From contig CAVRCF010000003.1 in assembly GCA_963719505.1 (NCBI GenBank), positions 96,001-160,000 on the forward strand: a stretch of DNA of 64,000 nucleotides, read 5' to 3'. Positions 1-9,347 of this stretch are shown piece after piece. The notes under the pieces are model-generated. The model searched no databases. It worked only from the letters and a program-made list of their open reading frames with translations, and was not told the origin of the DNA. The stretch is from Halobacteriovoraceae bacterium (GTDB lineage: Bacteria; Bdellovibrionota; Bacteriovoracia; Bacteriovoracales; Bacteriovoracaceae). Each line of letters opens with the position of its first letter. The first letter of the stretch is position 1. Position numbers and translations under genes: made by a program.

Positions 1-273
1 ATAACGAATGGGGAGTACCTTGAAATTCATTCTCTCCAGGGAATTCATTCGGGCGCGAACGCGATCTCGGGAGAGTTTTCTTTTGGTGCATCTGGATACC
101 TTTGTCGAGATGGAAAACGCATAACTCCGGTTAAGGGGATTACAGTGGCAGGAAACTTTCATCGAATGTTATTGAACATCAAAGCAATCGGTGACAAGAT
201 TTACGCAACTGGTGATAGAGGATTTTTTTCACCTAAAATTAGATTTAATCAGATTAGCATTGCAGGAAATTAA
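1..273 (+). CDS. TldD/PmbA family protein, C-terminal fragment (starts before the window)
   Basis: Frame 1 is open from base 1 to TAA at 271-273: ...LQGIHSGANAISGEFSFGASGYLCRDGKRITPVKGITVAGNF...SPKIRFNQISIAGN, typical of a PmbA/TldD C-terminus. Not in the ORF track. Confidence 0.85.
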   Translation: MTNGEYLEIHSLQGIHSGANAISGEFSFGASGYLCRDGKRITPVKGITVAGNFHRMLLNIKAIGDKIYATGDRGFFSPKIRFNQISIAGN

Positions 274-795
274 ATGAAGTCATGGAAAGTTAAAATAATT
301 GCTCTACTTGTTATCACCTCTTTGGGTTTTCTTACCTATTATATTTGTTATCAGTTTTCGGTCTCCTCAGGGAAAAGAGTTGGGAACCTAACAAAGATAT
401 CTAAAAAGGGAAAAGTATTTAAAACCTGGGAAGGAACTATTGATGAGGGAAGTGGAGACCAATTGACGTCGTTATTCTCTGTGAGAAATGATGAGTTGGG
501 TGAACAGCTTTATGAGTTTGAAGGCAAGCAAGTCGTCATTTATTATGAGGAGTACCTCGTCGGATGGCCTTGGGATACGAAGTACAATGTAACCTCATGG
601 AAGACTCAGGATGTGATGAAAGTTAATGAGGTGGGTGGCTCTTCAGAAAAACTAGTCGACTATATGGGGAAGACACTTTTTTGTTCTGTTTTAGGAACTC
701 TTTTGACAGATGAACAGCTGTATAAAAAAGTGAAAGAACATGTAAAAAATAATAATATTTATCTTTATGAGCAATTCTCTAAATGTAATGAATAA
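274..795 (+). CDS. Hypothetical membrane-anchored protein
   Basis: N-terminal TM segment, then SSGKRVGNLTKISKKGKVFKTWEG. Function not assigned. Confidence 0.7.
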   Translation: MKSWKVKIIALLVITSLGFLTYYICYQFSVSSGKRVGNLTKISKKGKVFKTWEGTIDEGSGDQLTSLFSVRNDELGEQLYEFEGKQVVIYYEEYLVGWPWDTKYNVTSWKTQDVMKVNEVGGSSEKLVDYMGKTLFCSVLGTLLTDEQLYKKVKEHVKNNNIYLYEQFSKCNE

Positions 796-1546
796 AGTCT
801 TTTTAATTATTGGGCTCACAAAAGAATCTCGTCATTGGGATAATGATTTCGTTGATAACCTAAAATTACTTTTCAAGGTCGATGAAGTCATTGGAATAGA
901 TCTTCCGGGGTCTGGAATTCTTAGTGAGAAACAAAGTCCACTGAGCATGAAGGAAATCGTCAAGATCTCAAGAGACTCAATAGAGTCTAAGCTTGGCGGT
1001 GACAACAATCTGTTGATATCAATTTCTCTTGGAGGAATGGTTGCAACTGAGTGGATAAAACTCTACCCCAAAGACTTTCAAAAACTGGTCATTATCAATT
1101 CTAGTTTTAAAAACTTTAGTCCTGTTTATAAAAGAGTCCAGCCCTATGCAATAAGAGAGTTTCTAAGAGTCTTTAAAGAAAGGGATTTAAAGCAAAGAGA
1201 ATCTTTGGCTTTGAGTTTATGTAGTAATAATCCCGCTCCCTTTGATAAGACCTTAGAAAAATGGCATCAAATTGCAATTGATAAACCGATGAGAAGATCA
1301 GACATGCTTAAACAGACGATAGCGGGAGCTCGCTTTAGTCTCAACTTCACCCCTTCTATTCCAGCTCTCATTATTGCTTCTCGACATGATCGTTTGGCGC
1401 ATTTTTCATGTTCAGAAAATATTCAAAAGTCTTGGAAGAAAGACTATTTCTTATTTGAAGATGAAAAAGTTGGTCACGCCGCTCACGTGGATGCACCAAA
1501 AGAGTTGGCGACGAAAATTTATCAATGGTCTCAAAATGCTCGTTAA
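788..1546 (+). CDS. Alpha/beta fold hydrolase
   Basis: IDLPGSG, nucleophile elbow SISLGG, C-terminal GHAAH. ATG 788 overlaps the end of the upstream gene. Confidence 0.85.
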   Translation: MNKVFLIIGLTKESRHWDNDFVDNLKLLFKVDEVIGIDLPGSGILSEKQSPLSMKEIVKISRDSIESKLGGDNNLLISISLGGMVATEWIKLYPKDFQKLVIINSSFKNFSPVYKRVQPYAIREFLRVFKERDLKQRESLALSLCSNNPAPFDKTLEKWHQIAIDKPMRRSDMLKQTIAGARFSLNFTPSIPALIIASRHDRLAHFSCSENIQKSWKKDYFLFEDEKVGHAAHVDAPKELATKIYQWSQNAR

Positions 1547-2840
1547 TTTTAAAGCAGTAAAAAGTTTAACCTATTTCTCTATTCCTATTATCTTTGGACA
1601 AATCGGCGTTATGCTCATTTCAGCTGGAGATATGTATGTGGCTGCGGCACATTCCACTCTTTCTGTTGGAGCTATAGGTGTGGCAACGGGAGTTTTTAAT
1701 CCGGTCTTTCTTTTTGGTATAGGTCTTATGATGGGTCTCTCTCCCGCATTAGCGATCGAAAGAGGAACGGGTAAAAATATAGAACAGCATTTTTCTAGTG
1801 CTATTGTCTTTGCTCTATTAGCTGGAATTGTTTTATGTGGCGTTATGCTTTTAGTGAATGAATTTGTTCCTATGATGGGAATTGAGCCCGAGATGATTCC
1901 CTTTATTCAAAAATATAATAAAGTTATCGCTTGGTCATTTCCATTAGCTTTTGTTTTTCAAGCTGTTAAAGAATTTCTTCAATCTTTTGAAGATGTATTT
2001 TTTGCTAACCTTATCTCTATTGTTGCTGTGTTTGTGAACTTGGGACTTAATTATTTTTTTGTTTTTGGTCTCGACAATTTTCGTGGTTTTGGCTTTGATG
2101 GATTAGCGTATGCAAGTTTTTCAATTCGCGTTTTTCTCATGCTTACTCTTTTGGTTTACGCTCGAAAGTATTTTAAAAATTCTAGGATCGACTTTGAGTT
2201 TATAAAAAGAACTTTTAAATTTAGCTTACCAATCGCTTCGATGTTTTTTATTGAAGTTTTAGCCTTTTGTGTGGTGGCCATCTTGGCTGGCGGAATGGGG
2301 GTAGGAGTTTCTGCTGCCAATTCAATTATCACAAATGTTGCATCGATCACCTTTATGGTGCCTTTATCAATATCAAGTGCCGTGAGTGTAAAAGTCGGAG
2401 CCAAATTTGGAGAGGGCGACAATAGAGGGGTTAAGGACTATGCTTTTTCATCTCTTTTTATGTCGACTCTTTTTATGGTTTTTTCGGCAACGCTCTATGT
2501 CCTTTTTCCAGAGTCTTTAATGAGACTAGTAACAGATGATCCTTATGTTGTAGAAATAGGTGTCGGTATTCTTTTTATTGTAGCAATCTTTCAAATCGCT
2601 GATGGTTTGCAAATAACGCTGGGCGGGATTCTTAGAGGATTGGCCATGACAAAAGAGCCTTTTATAAGTATTTTAGTAGGTTACTGGGTCCTTGGTATTC
2701 CTTTTGGTGTGTATCTCGCTTTTGAGAAATCTATGAACGCTCAAGGGCTGTGGATAGGCCTTGCAGTTTCTTTAACAATTGTTGCATTATTCATGGGGCT
2801 GATTTTTAGAAAACGCCTAGTCAGCCTTCAAAGTCAGTGA
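1536..2840 (+). CDS. MATE family efflux transporter (NorM-like)
   Basis: About 12 TM segments; PIIFGQ, FQIADGLQ, GLWIGL motifs. Start moved from 1374 to ATG 1536 to avoid a long overlap. Confidence 0.9.
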   Translation: MLVNFKAVKSLTYFSIPIIFGQIGVMLISAGDMYVAAAHSTLSVGAIGVATGVFNPVFLFGIGLMMGLSPALAIERGTGKNIEQHFSSAIVFALLAGIVLCGVMLLVNEFVPMMGIEPEMIPFIQKYNKVIAWSFPLAFVFQAVKEFLQSFEDVFFANLISIVAVFVNLGLNYFFVFGLDNFRGFGFDGLAYASFSIRVFLMLTLLVYARKYFKNSRIDFEFIKRTFKFSLPIASMFFIEVLAFCVVAILAGGMGVGVSAANSIITNVASITFMVPLSISSAVSVKVGAKFGEGDNRGVKDYAFSSLFMSTLFMVFSATLYVLFPESLMRLVTDDPYVVEIGVGILFIVAIFQIADGLQITLGGILRGLAMTKEPFISILVGYWVLGIPFGVYLAFEKSMNAQGLWIGLAVSLTIVALFMGLIFRKRLVSLQSQ

Positions 2841-2901
2841 CTTCGGAAGCTACTTCTGTTAAAAATAATTCATATCGTTAAATTTTATATGAGAGGTTCA
2901 T

Positions 2902-3954
2902 TTGGAAAATGATCAAGATAAAGTAACTGAAATTAAAGAAGAGCTTTTAAGTCTTGGGCAGTACAATAGAGCTGTTTCTGCTGAGTTACCCAAAGAGCTT
3001 TTTAAAAGACAGCCGTGGCGCTTAGCTTATGGTGTTCTTTTCTTTGGCGGTGTTCTCTCTATTATTTACGTTCTTTTGAATTTTAACCTGATTTGGCCTT
3101 TTAAATTATTGCTCTCAATTGCTATGGGTGTTCTCATTGGTGGTGGGGCATTTTTATCTCATGAAGTTATGCATGGTGCGGTTGTTAAAAATAAAAAGCT
3201 ACAAAACTTTATTGGATTTTTTGGCTTTGCTCCTTACCTCATTTCTCCAAGCTACTGGCGGTTTTGGCACAATAATCTTCATCACGGAAATACGCAGCTC
3301 CTTTATAAAGACCCTGATGCATTTCCAACGAAAATGATTTGGAAAAGAAGTAAGTTTATGAAGTGGGCTTACCCTTTTACTCCAGGATCTGGACATAAGA
3401 GAAGCTTCCTTTATTTCTTTTGGTGGTTCTCTTTTCAGGCCATTTTAAATCAAGTTTATATGAGATTTGGCAATAAGATGTGGGCAAAAATGGATCATCG
3501 AAAAGTAACTTTAGAGTTCACATTAGCTGTGAGTTTAGCTTTGGTTTATTTAGCTTTTATCGGTGTAAACAATTGGATGTGGTTGGCCGTAATACCTTTT
3601 ATGGTTCAAAACTACACAGTCATGAGTTATATTTCTACAAATCATAACTTGAGTCCTTATACAAAGATAAATGATCCATTAATGAATTCGTTGTCAGTGA
3701 CAAATAGTCCTATAATGGAATTTGTGAATCTAAATTTTGGTTATCATACTGAGCATCATCTTTTCCCAAGCATGCCAATGAGTAGTGCTAAAAAGGTGAG
3801 TGAAAAGCTCAAGAATATGTATCCCGAAAGATACAAAATTATGCCCAAGCACAGAGCGATGAAGTTATTGTACTCGACTCCTAGGCTATATAAAAATAGA
3901 GATATTCTGGTCAATCCAAAGACAAACGAAGAATTTAGAACTCTAGGGCGCTAA
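2902..3954 (+). CDS. Membrane fatty acid desaturase
   Basis: Three His boxes HEVMH, HNNLHH, HTEHH; TTG start with GAGAGG RBS. Confidence 0.9.
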   Translation: MENDQDKVTEIKEELLSLGQYNRAVSAELPKELFKRQPWRLAYGVLFFGGVLSIIYVLLNFNLIWPFKLLLSIAMGVLIGGGAFLSHEVMHGAVVKNKKLQNFIGFFGFAPYLISPSYWRFWHNNLHHGNTQLLYKDPDAFPTKMIWKRSKFMKWAYPFTPGSGHKRSFLYFFWWFSFQAILNQVYMRFGNKMWAKMDHRKVTLEFTLAVSLALVYLAFIGVNNWMWLAVIPFMVQNYTVMSYISTNHNLSPYTKINDPLMNSLSVTNSPIMEFVNLNFGYHTEHHLFPSMPMSSAKKVSEKLKNMYPERYKIMPKHRAMKLLYSTPRLYKNRDILVNPKTNEEFRTLGR

Positions 3955-4097
3955 CACAACCTTAACAGAATTAATTATTTTAAGCATTTACATAATGTAG
4001 CTCTCGCGATTACATAGAAGCGTTGAATTTCAAAGTCTGGATAGACTTGTCAGTTTTTGACATGGATGAATTTCAATTAACCAAGGGACGGTCTTTC

Positions 4098-4997
4098 GTG
4101 AAAAATCTATTATTGCTTCTTTTATTAATTTCATTCTCAGCTTCAGCTGGTTTAAAGATCTCGTCTTATAATATAAGAAATTATGATAAAAGTAGTGAGC
4201 GAACAAACAAAGCTGCTTTAAAGAATATTATCCAAGGCCTCAATTCTGATCTCATTGGAACAGAAGAAATCTATAATAATAATTCATTTGAAAAATTTGT
4301 CTCCAAAGAATTTCCATCTTATAAGTTAGCACTTTCTAAGTGTGGTGGTGGCGGCAGTCAGAACCTGGGGTTCATGTATAAAGATGAAGTGTTGGAGCTT
4401 GAAGACCTTATTGAAGATCCAAAAATAGCTGACCTTGATAGTATTTCCTCTTACGGTTGTAGTTCACTTAGACCCGCACTATTAGGTTTCTTTAAAGTAA
4501 AAGCCACGGGTGAGAAATTTGTGGCCATTGTTCTTCATTTAAAAGCTGGAAGTGGAACAAGAAACTACGAAAAAAGACGCAAGCAATACCGATACATATT
4601 AAAAATGATGAGAAACCTCAAACTTGCAGGCCATAAAGATGTTGTTGTTTTAGGTGACTTAAACACAACGGGATGGAATAAAAGCGATGCTAAATCGACA
4701 GATGCTGACCACCTGAACTTTGAAGACCTATTATCAAAATCTGGAACCAGAACAATTACAGACCATTTAAAATGTACTTCTTATTGGTCTGGACCTAACC
4801 GTCATGACGATATTGAAATTCCCTCAACACTAGATCACCTTCTTGTTACATCAGACTTTATGGGAATGAAGCTTGATCGTGCTGAAGTTGGCTCACATTG
4901 TAAAAAAGTGAACTGTATCGAGACTTATGACAGTGAACTAGGAAAAAGTTACAGCAATGTAAGTGACCATTGTCCAATATCTGCGACTTTCAAATAG
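4098..4997 (+). CDS. Secreted endonuclease/exonuclease/phosphatase family protein
   Basis: SYNI, HLK, GDLN, LDH and SDHCP motifs; signal peptide from GTG 4098. Confidence 0.88.
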   Translation: MKNLLLLLLLISFSASAGLKISSYNIRNYDKSSERTNKAALKNIIQGLNSDLIGTEEIYNNNSFEKFVSKEFPSYKLALSKCGGGGSQNLGFMYKDEVLELEDLIEDPKIADLDSISSYGCSSLRPALLGFFKVKATGEKFVAIVLHLKAGSGTRNYEKRRKQYRYILKMMRNLKLAGHKDVVVLGDLNTTGWNKSDAKSTDADHLNFEDLLSKSGTRTITDHLKCTSYWSGPNRHDDIEIPSTLDHLLVTSDFMGMKLDRAEVGSHCKKVNCIETYDSELGKSYSNVSDHCPISATFK

Positions 4998-5000
4998 ACA

Positions 5001-5645
5001 ATGTCTTTTGGTAAAGACTACTGGGACCATAATTATTCAAGTCCAAAAACAATGGATGGAATTGGAAATGCAAAGGACCATGTCAAATATCTTAAAGCCT
5101 TTTTAGAGCTAGAGCTGGTTGATGTTTCAAGTATCATCGACTTAGGCTTTGGCTATGGCTACATGTTTCAAAAAATGATGAAAGCTTTTGTGCCCTATAA
5201 AGCTTGTGGCATTGAACCCTCAAAGCATGCTTTTGATAAAGCTAGGGCCAGAAAACTAAAACCTGTTGAATCGACAAAACTCACTCTTTATAATGAATCA
5301 ATCCAAGACTGGTGTCGTCGAGCGCAGTCAAACTCCGTGCGATTTGATCTGGGACTATGTAACTCCGTTTTCCAGTACGTCGATGAAGAAGACTTAAATT
5401 TTATCCTTCCTATTTTGGCCTCTAGAATAAAGTATCTTTATCTGAGTGTTCCCACCGATAAAGAGCTCGATAGGCAAATTGAGGAGCTAGAGTTCAACGA
5501 CACCTATGCTTTGCGTCGATCGAGAGAATTTTACCGTGAAATTATTGGCAAGCATTTTACCAATATTTCGAGTAAACTATGGGAGAGTAAATCCTACTTT
5601 GATGAGGATTCTACTTTTTTTACAGATCTACTATATAGAAGTTAA
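5001..5645 (+). CDS. Class I SAM-dependent methyltransferase
   Basis: IIDLGFGYG motif I, GIEPS motif II, NSVFQY. Confidence 0.8.
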   Translation: MSFGKDYWDHNYSSPKTMDGIGNAKDHVKYLKAFLELELVDVSSIIDLGFGYGYMFQKMMKAFVPYKACGIEPSKHAFDKARARKLKPVESTKLTLYNESIQDWCRRAQSNSVRFDLGLCNSVFQYVDEEDLNFILPILASRIKYLYLSVPTDKELDRQIEELEFNDTYALRRSREFYREIIGKHFTNISSKLWESKSYFDEDSTFFTDLLYRS

Positions 5646-5657
5646 TCGGGGGATACG

Positions 5658-6854
5658 TTGAGCGTAATTTCAGACAGAGCAAATAATCTTCAAGAATCAG
5701 TTACGATAAAAATGGCTGCGTTAGCAACAGAGCTAAAAGATAAAGGGCAAGACGTCATTAGCCTCACTTTAGGTGAACCTGATTTTAATATTCCTGACTT
5801 TATCAAAGAGGCTGCAAAAAAAGCTATCGATGATAATTATTCCCACTACACTCCAGTTCCAGGACTTAAGGAATTAAGAGTCGCGATTGTAGAAAAACTA
5901 AAAAGAGATAACGGTATCGATTATACATTTGATCAAGTGATTGTAAGCACAGGTGCAAAACAATCATTGATGAATGTCGTCCTCTCAGTGGTTAATCCTG
6001 GTGATGAGGTTATACTTCCTGCACCTTACTGGGTGAGCTATATTGAAATGGTTAAATTTGCTGAGGGGAACCCAGTCATTATTGAGTCAACTGTCGATAC
6101 GGGATTTAAAATCACAAAAGCTCAGCTTGAGAATGCTATTAGTGATAAGACAAAAGCTTTTATTTTTTCAAATCCTTGTAACCCTTCTGGAGGAGCTTAC
6201 TCTAAAGAAGAGCTTGCTGATCTTGCGAGCGTTTTCGAAAAGTTCCCTAATTGTGTGATTGTCTCAGACGAAATCTATGAGTATATAAATTTTTCTGGTC
6301 ATAATACGAGTATGGCAAGTTTTGAGAAAATTAAAGAGCAAGTTGTGACGGTTAACGGAGTCTCAAAGGGCTTCGCTATGACGGGGTGGAGAATAGGTTA
6401 TATTGCAGCTCCAAAAGAGATTGCAAAAGCTTGTAATAAGATTCAAGGCCAATTCACATCTGGAGCAAATGCAGTTGCACAAGTTGCGGCGATTACGGCA
6501 CTTAATGGTGGTCAAGAAAAAGTCTCTTTTATGAAAGATGAATTTCTTAAGCGAAGAGACTTAATGTTTTCACTTCTTAGCGAAGTGAAGCATCTTAAAG
6601 TAAGACAGCCCGAGGGAGCATTTTATCTTTTTCCAGATGTCTCTAGTTTTTATGGCTGTGAATTTAGAGGAAGCAAAATTAATAATTCAGAAGATATTTG
6701 CTCATTTTTAATTGAAGAAGCCCTGGTTGTCACAACACCTGGTGGCGCTTTTGGAAGTCCTGACTGTATCAGACTCTCGTATGCGACGGATGAAAAAACG
6801 TTAACGGAAGCTGCGAGACGAATGAAGTCAGCATTTGAGAAATTAAAGTCTTAA
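5658..6854 (+). CDS. PLP-dependent aminotransferase class I (aspartate aminotransferase-like)
   Basis: GEPDF, NPCNPSG, SDEIY, SKGFAMTGWRIGY. Confidence 0.93.
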   Translation: MSVISDRANNLQESVTIKMAALATELKDKGQDVISLTLGEPDFNIPDFIKEAAKKAIDDNYSHYTPVPGLKELRVAIVEKLKRDNGIDYTFDQVIVSTGAKQSLMNVVLSVVNPGDEVILPAPYWVSYIEMVKFAEGNPVIIESTVDTGFKITKAQLENAISDKTKAFIFSNPCNPSGGAYSKEELADLASVFEKFPNCVIVSDEIYEYINFSGHNTSMASFEKIKEQVVTVNGVSKGFAMTGWRIGYIAAPKEIAKACNKIQGQFTSGANAVAQVAAITALNGGQEKVSFMKDEFLKRRDLMFSLLSEVKHLKVRQPEGAFYLFPDVSSFYGCEFRGSKINNSEDICSFLIEEALVVTTPGGAFGSPDCIRLSYATDEKTLTEAARRMKSAFEKLKS

Positions 6855-7846
6855 TTAAATCGACCGGCCAATATCTCTGCAACAGAACTTGTGATAGTAA
6901 ATCTGCTGCAGATGATTTTTAAAGCAACAGTTATCGGTACACTTAAAAACATTCCAGGTACTCCCCAAATAAATCCCCAAAAGGCGAGAAAGAGTAAGAT
7001 CGTCACAGGATGAAGATCCATACTTTCTCCAAACATCTTTGGCTCAATAATATTACCTGCGATAGTCTGTAGTGTGCCTGTAACCACTAAAACAAAGACT
7101 GTTTGCCAGCCTAATCCAAACTGCAATAAAAGAACAGGTAGGGGTACGATAACAGCGATAACGGATCCTATATTAGGAATGAAGTTCAAGAAAATAACGA
7201 GAACAGTAAACATTAGCGCCAAATCTAGACCCGCGATAAGAAAAGTTATATAGCTTAGAAGGCCCGTGGCCAAAGAGAGCAGAACCTTTCCAGCGGCGTA
7301 CTTGGCAATAACAGATTTTATTTCCTCAAAAGTTTTAAGTTCTCTTTTGCTCATACTCTCACCTGTGAGGAGAAAAAGAGTAATAATAATAATGAGAATC
7401 GTGTTTGAGAATACTCCAACGATACTGCTGGTAAAGCTCTTCACAAAAGAGAAGATAGGTAGTTCCTGAAGCTTTCCTTTGAGGTCATATTGTTGGGTAT
7501 CAACACCGTAATTTTGGGCCCTTTGTTCAATATAGCTTACTGCGTTTTGAACTTTTCCTTTGTATTGATCAGCTCCCTCAATAAATGAATCAATAGAGCT
7601 TGATGTTAAAAAGGTCACAGCAAAAAAACCAACGACAAAAACAGTAACCGTAATAAGGAGGGAAACATTATGGTGGAGTTTAAACTTCGATTGGAGCCAT
7701 AACATTGCTCTGGAAATGATGAGATAAAGAAAGGTGGAAAAGACAAACGGGATCATCACCGACTTGGTGAAGGTGAGGACTGCTGCCGTGGCATAAACAG
7801 TCAAAATTAGAATACAAATAGTGCTTATCTTTTGATACTTTTCCAT
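6851..7846 (-). CDS. AI-2E family transporter
   Basis: NFIPNIG, NIIEPK, LHPV, WGVPGMFLSVP motifs; multi-TM. Confidence 0.9.
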   Translation of the reverse strand: MEKYQKISTICILILTVYATAAVLTFTKSVMIPFVFSTFLYLIISRAMLWLQSKFKLHHNVSLLITVTVFVVGFFAVTFLTSSSIDSFIEGADQYKGKVQNAVSYIEQRAQNYGVDTQQYDLKGKLQELPIFSFVKSFTSSIVGVFSNTILIIIITLFLLTGESMSKRELKTFEEIKSVIAKYAAGKVLLSLATGLLSYITFLIAGLDLALMFTVLVIFLNFIPNIGSVIAVIVPLPVLLLQFGLGWQTVFVLVVTGTLQTIAGNIIEPKMFGESMDLHPVTILLFLAFWGFIWGVPGMFLSVPITVALKIICSRFTITSSVAEILAGRFN

Positions 7847-7874
7847 AGAGAAATACTAGCAAGAAGAATACAAA

Positions 7875-9347
7875 ATGATAAAACATACTTTAAAGACATT
7901 TCTTTTTTTATATCTCTTTGTTAAATACAAGAAATCTTTAAAAAAGGGACAGAGCGAAAAAGCGGCATTAAAACTTGCGGACTTTATCACCAAAGAAAGA
8001 GGTGTTTTTCTCAAAATGTGCCAATATTTAGGAACGAATAAGAAGCATCATGTCATCATCAAAAATCTTAGCTTCCAAAAAATTGAACTTTTAAGCACTT
8101 CAGAAATTGAGCTTGTCTTAAAACATTCAAAAGTGACCTTGCCTCAAGAGACAATAGTAGGAGAGTGCTTGGCAAGTGCTTCGATTGGGCAAGTCAACGC
8201 GATTGAAATCGACGGGGCAAAAGTTATTAAAGTAAAATTCCCTGGTCTTGATAAACAGATAAAGCACCAACAAACTCTTTTAAAGATTTTGCCAAAAAAA
8301 GTAATCAAAAGAAAAACCAAAATTGACCTGGATGATTATAGTCATATGATTGGGTCACTGCTGAGCAAAGAATGTGACTTTGCTTTCGAATTAAAAATGC
8401 AAGAAGAAGTTTCGAGCATTTTTCCAGGAAATAATCATTTTAAAGTTCCAAAAGTTTATGCTCAATTTAGTTGTAAAGAATTTATTATTAGTGAAAGGCT
8501 AGAGCCTGTTCAAAGCCAAGTTGTTGCTCAAAATGCCAAAGCTTACTGTGAAAACTTGGCCTTTACTTATCTCTACCTCTTTGAGTCTGGATATGCTCAA
8601 GGCGATAGTAATCATGGAAATTTTCTTTTCCTTTCAGATAATAAAATTGGGGTTATAGACTTTGGCCAGTTCTATCGATTTTCACAAGAGTTCATTGGCG
8701 CTTTAGTGTCACTGATTTATAAGCTCAGGGGACAAGAGCAGTTTGATGACTTTGATTATTATAAAGCGATGGGCTTTAAACCAGAGGTGTTAGAGTTAAT
8801 TCGACCTCATTTAAGAATGTTGAGTCTCATCTTATTTGAACCCTTTCTTGTTAATAAAAGCTTCAATCTTTTGACGTGGGATTATGTGACTAAAATCAAC
8901 TCCATCCTAGGCCAAAAAAAATGGCTCTTTAGAAGTGCTGGTGGAGAGGAGTTCTTTATGATTATAAAGTCATTTGTTGGGCTCAAAAACTTGATTATAA
9001 AACAAGAATCCCTTGTTAATTGGTACCAAGTCTTTGACGAGGTTTTTTACGGTACAAATTGGAGATCATTTGAACCTGAAAAGAGCTTTGGTGTTCCCAC
9101 CAATCAAGCCCAGTGGATAAAAATATTAGTTAAGGAAAATAATAAAACTAAAAGTGAACATAAGTTTTCACTTGGTGAAGTTTTTCAAATTGAAAATCAT
9201 CTCCCAAGCTCTTTAACAGATGAGCTTATTCTCAAAGGTATTGATCTCAGGGCCATCTGCACTGAGGCTTTAAAGTCGGGTTCGTCGCCTTGTGAACTTA
9301 TTGACTTTGAAATAGAGGGAAAAAAATACTTTATCTCAATGATCTAA
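7875..9347 (+). CDS. ABC1/UbiB (AarF) atypical kinase family protein
   Basis: FLKMCQYL (KxGQ-like), ASASIGQV, KVKFPG, GDSNHGN catalytic loop, DFG. Confidence 0.85.
   Translation: MIKHTLKTFLFLYLFVKYKKSLKKGQSEKAALKLADFITKERGVFLKMCQYLGTNKKHHVIIKNLSFQKIELLSTSEIELVLKHSKVTLPQETIVGECLASASIGQVNAIEIDGAKVIKVKFPGLDKQIKHQQTLLKILPKKVIKRKTKIDLDDYSHMIGSLLSKECDFAFELKMQEEVSSIFPGNNHFKVPKVYAQFSCKEFIISERLEPVQSQVVAQNAKAYCENLAFTYLYLFESGYAQGDSNHGNFLFLSDNKIGVIDFGQFYRFSQEFIGALVSLIYKLRGQEQFDDFDYYKAMGFKPEVLELIRPHLRMLSLILFEPFLVNKSFNLLTWDYVTKINSILGQKKWLFRSAGGEEFFMIIKSFVGLKNLIIKQESLVNWYQVFDEVFYGTNWRSFEPEKSFGVPTNQAQWIKILVKENNKTKSEHKFSLGEVFQIENHLPSSLTDELILKGIDLRAICTEALKSGSSPCELIDFEIEGKKYFISMI

Noticed and set aside
1374-1535. 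N-terminal extension of the MATE ORF
   Set aside because: Overlaps the hydrolase C-terminus, including its catalytic His region; ATG 1536 gives a normal MATE length.
2902-3954. Desaturase as part of the biosynthetic cluster
   Set aside because: More than 13 kb away and separated by unrelated genes.
4048-4062. TGTCA-N5-TGACA palindrome upstream of the EEP nuclease
   Set aside because: Spacing differs from the 23757 palindrome and there is no adjacent sigma-54 element; too short to support alone.
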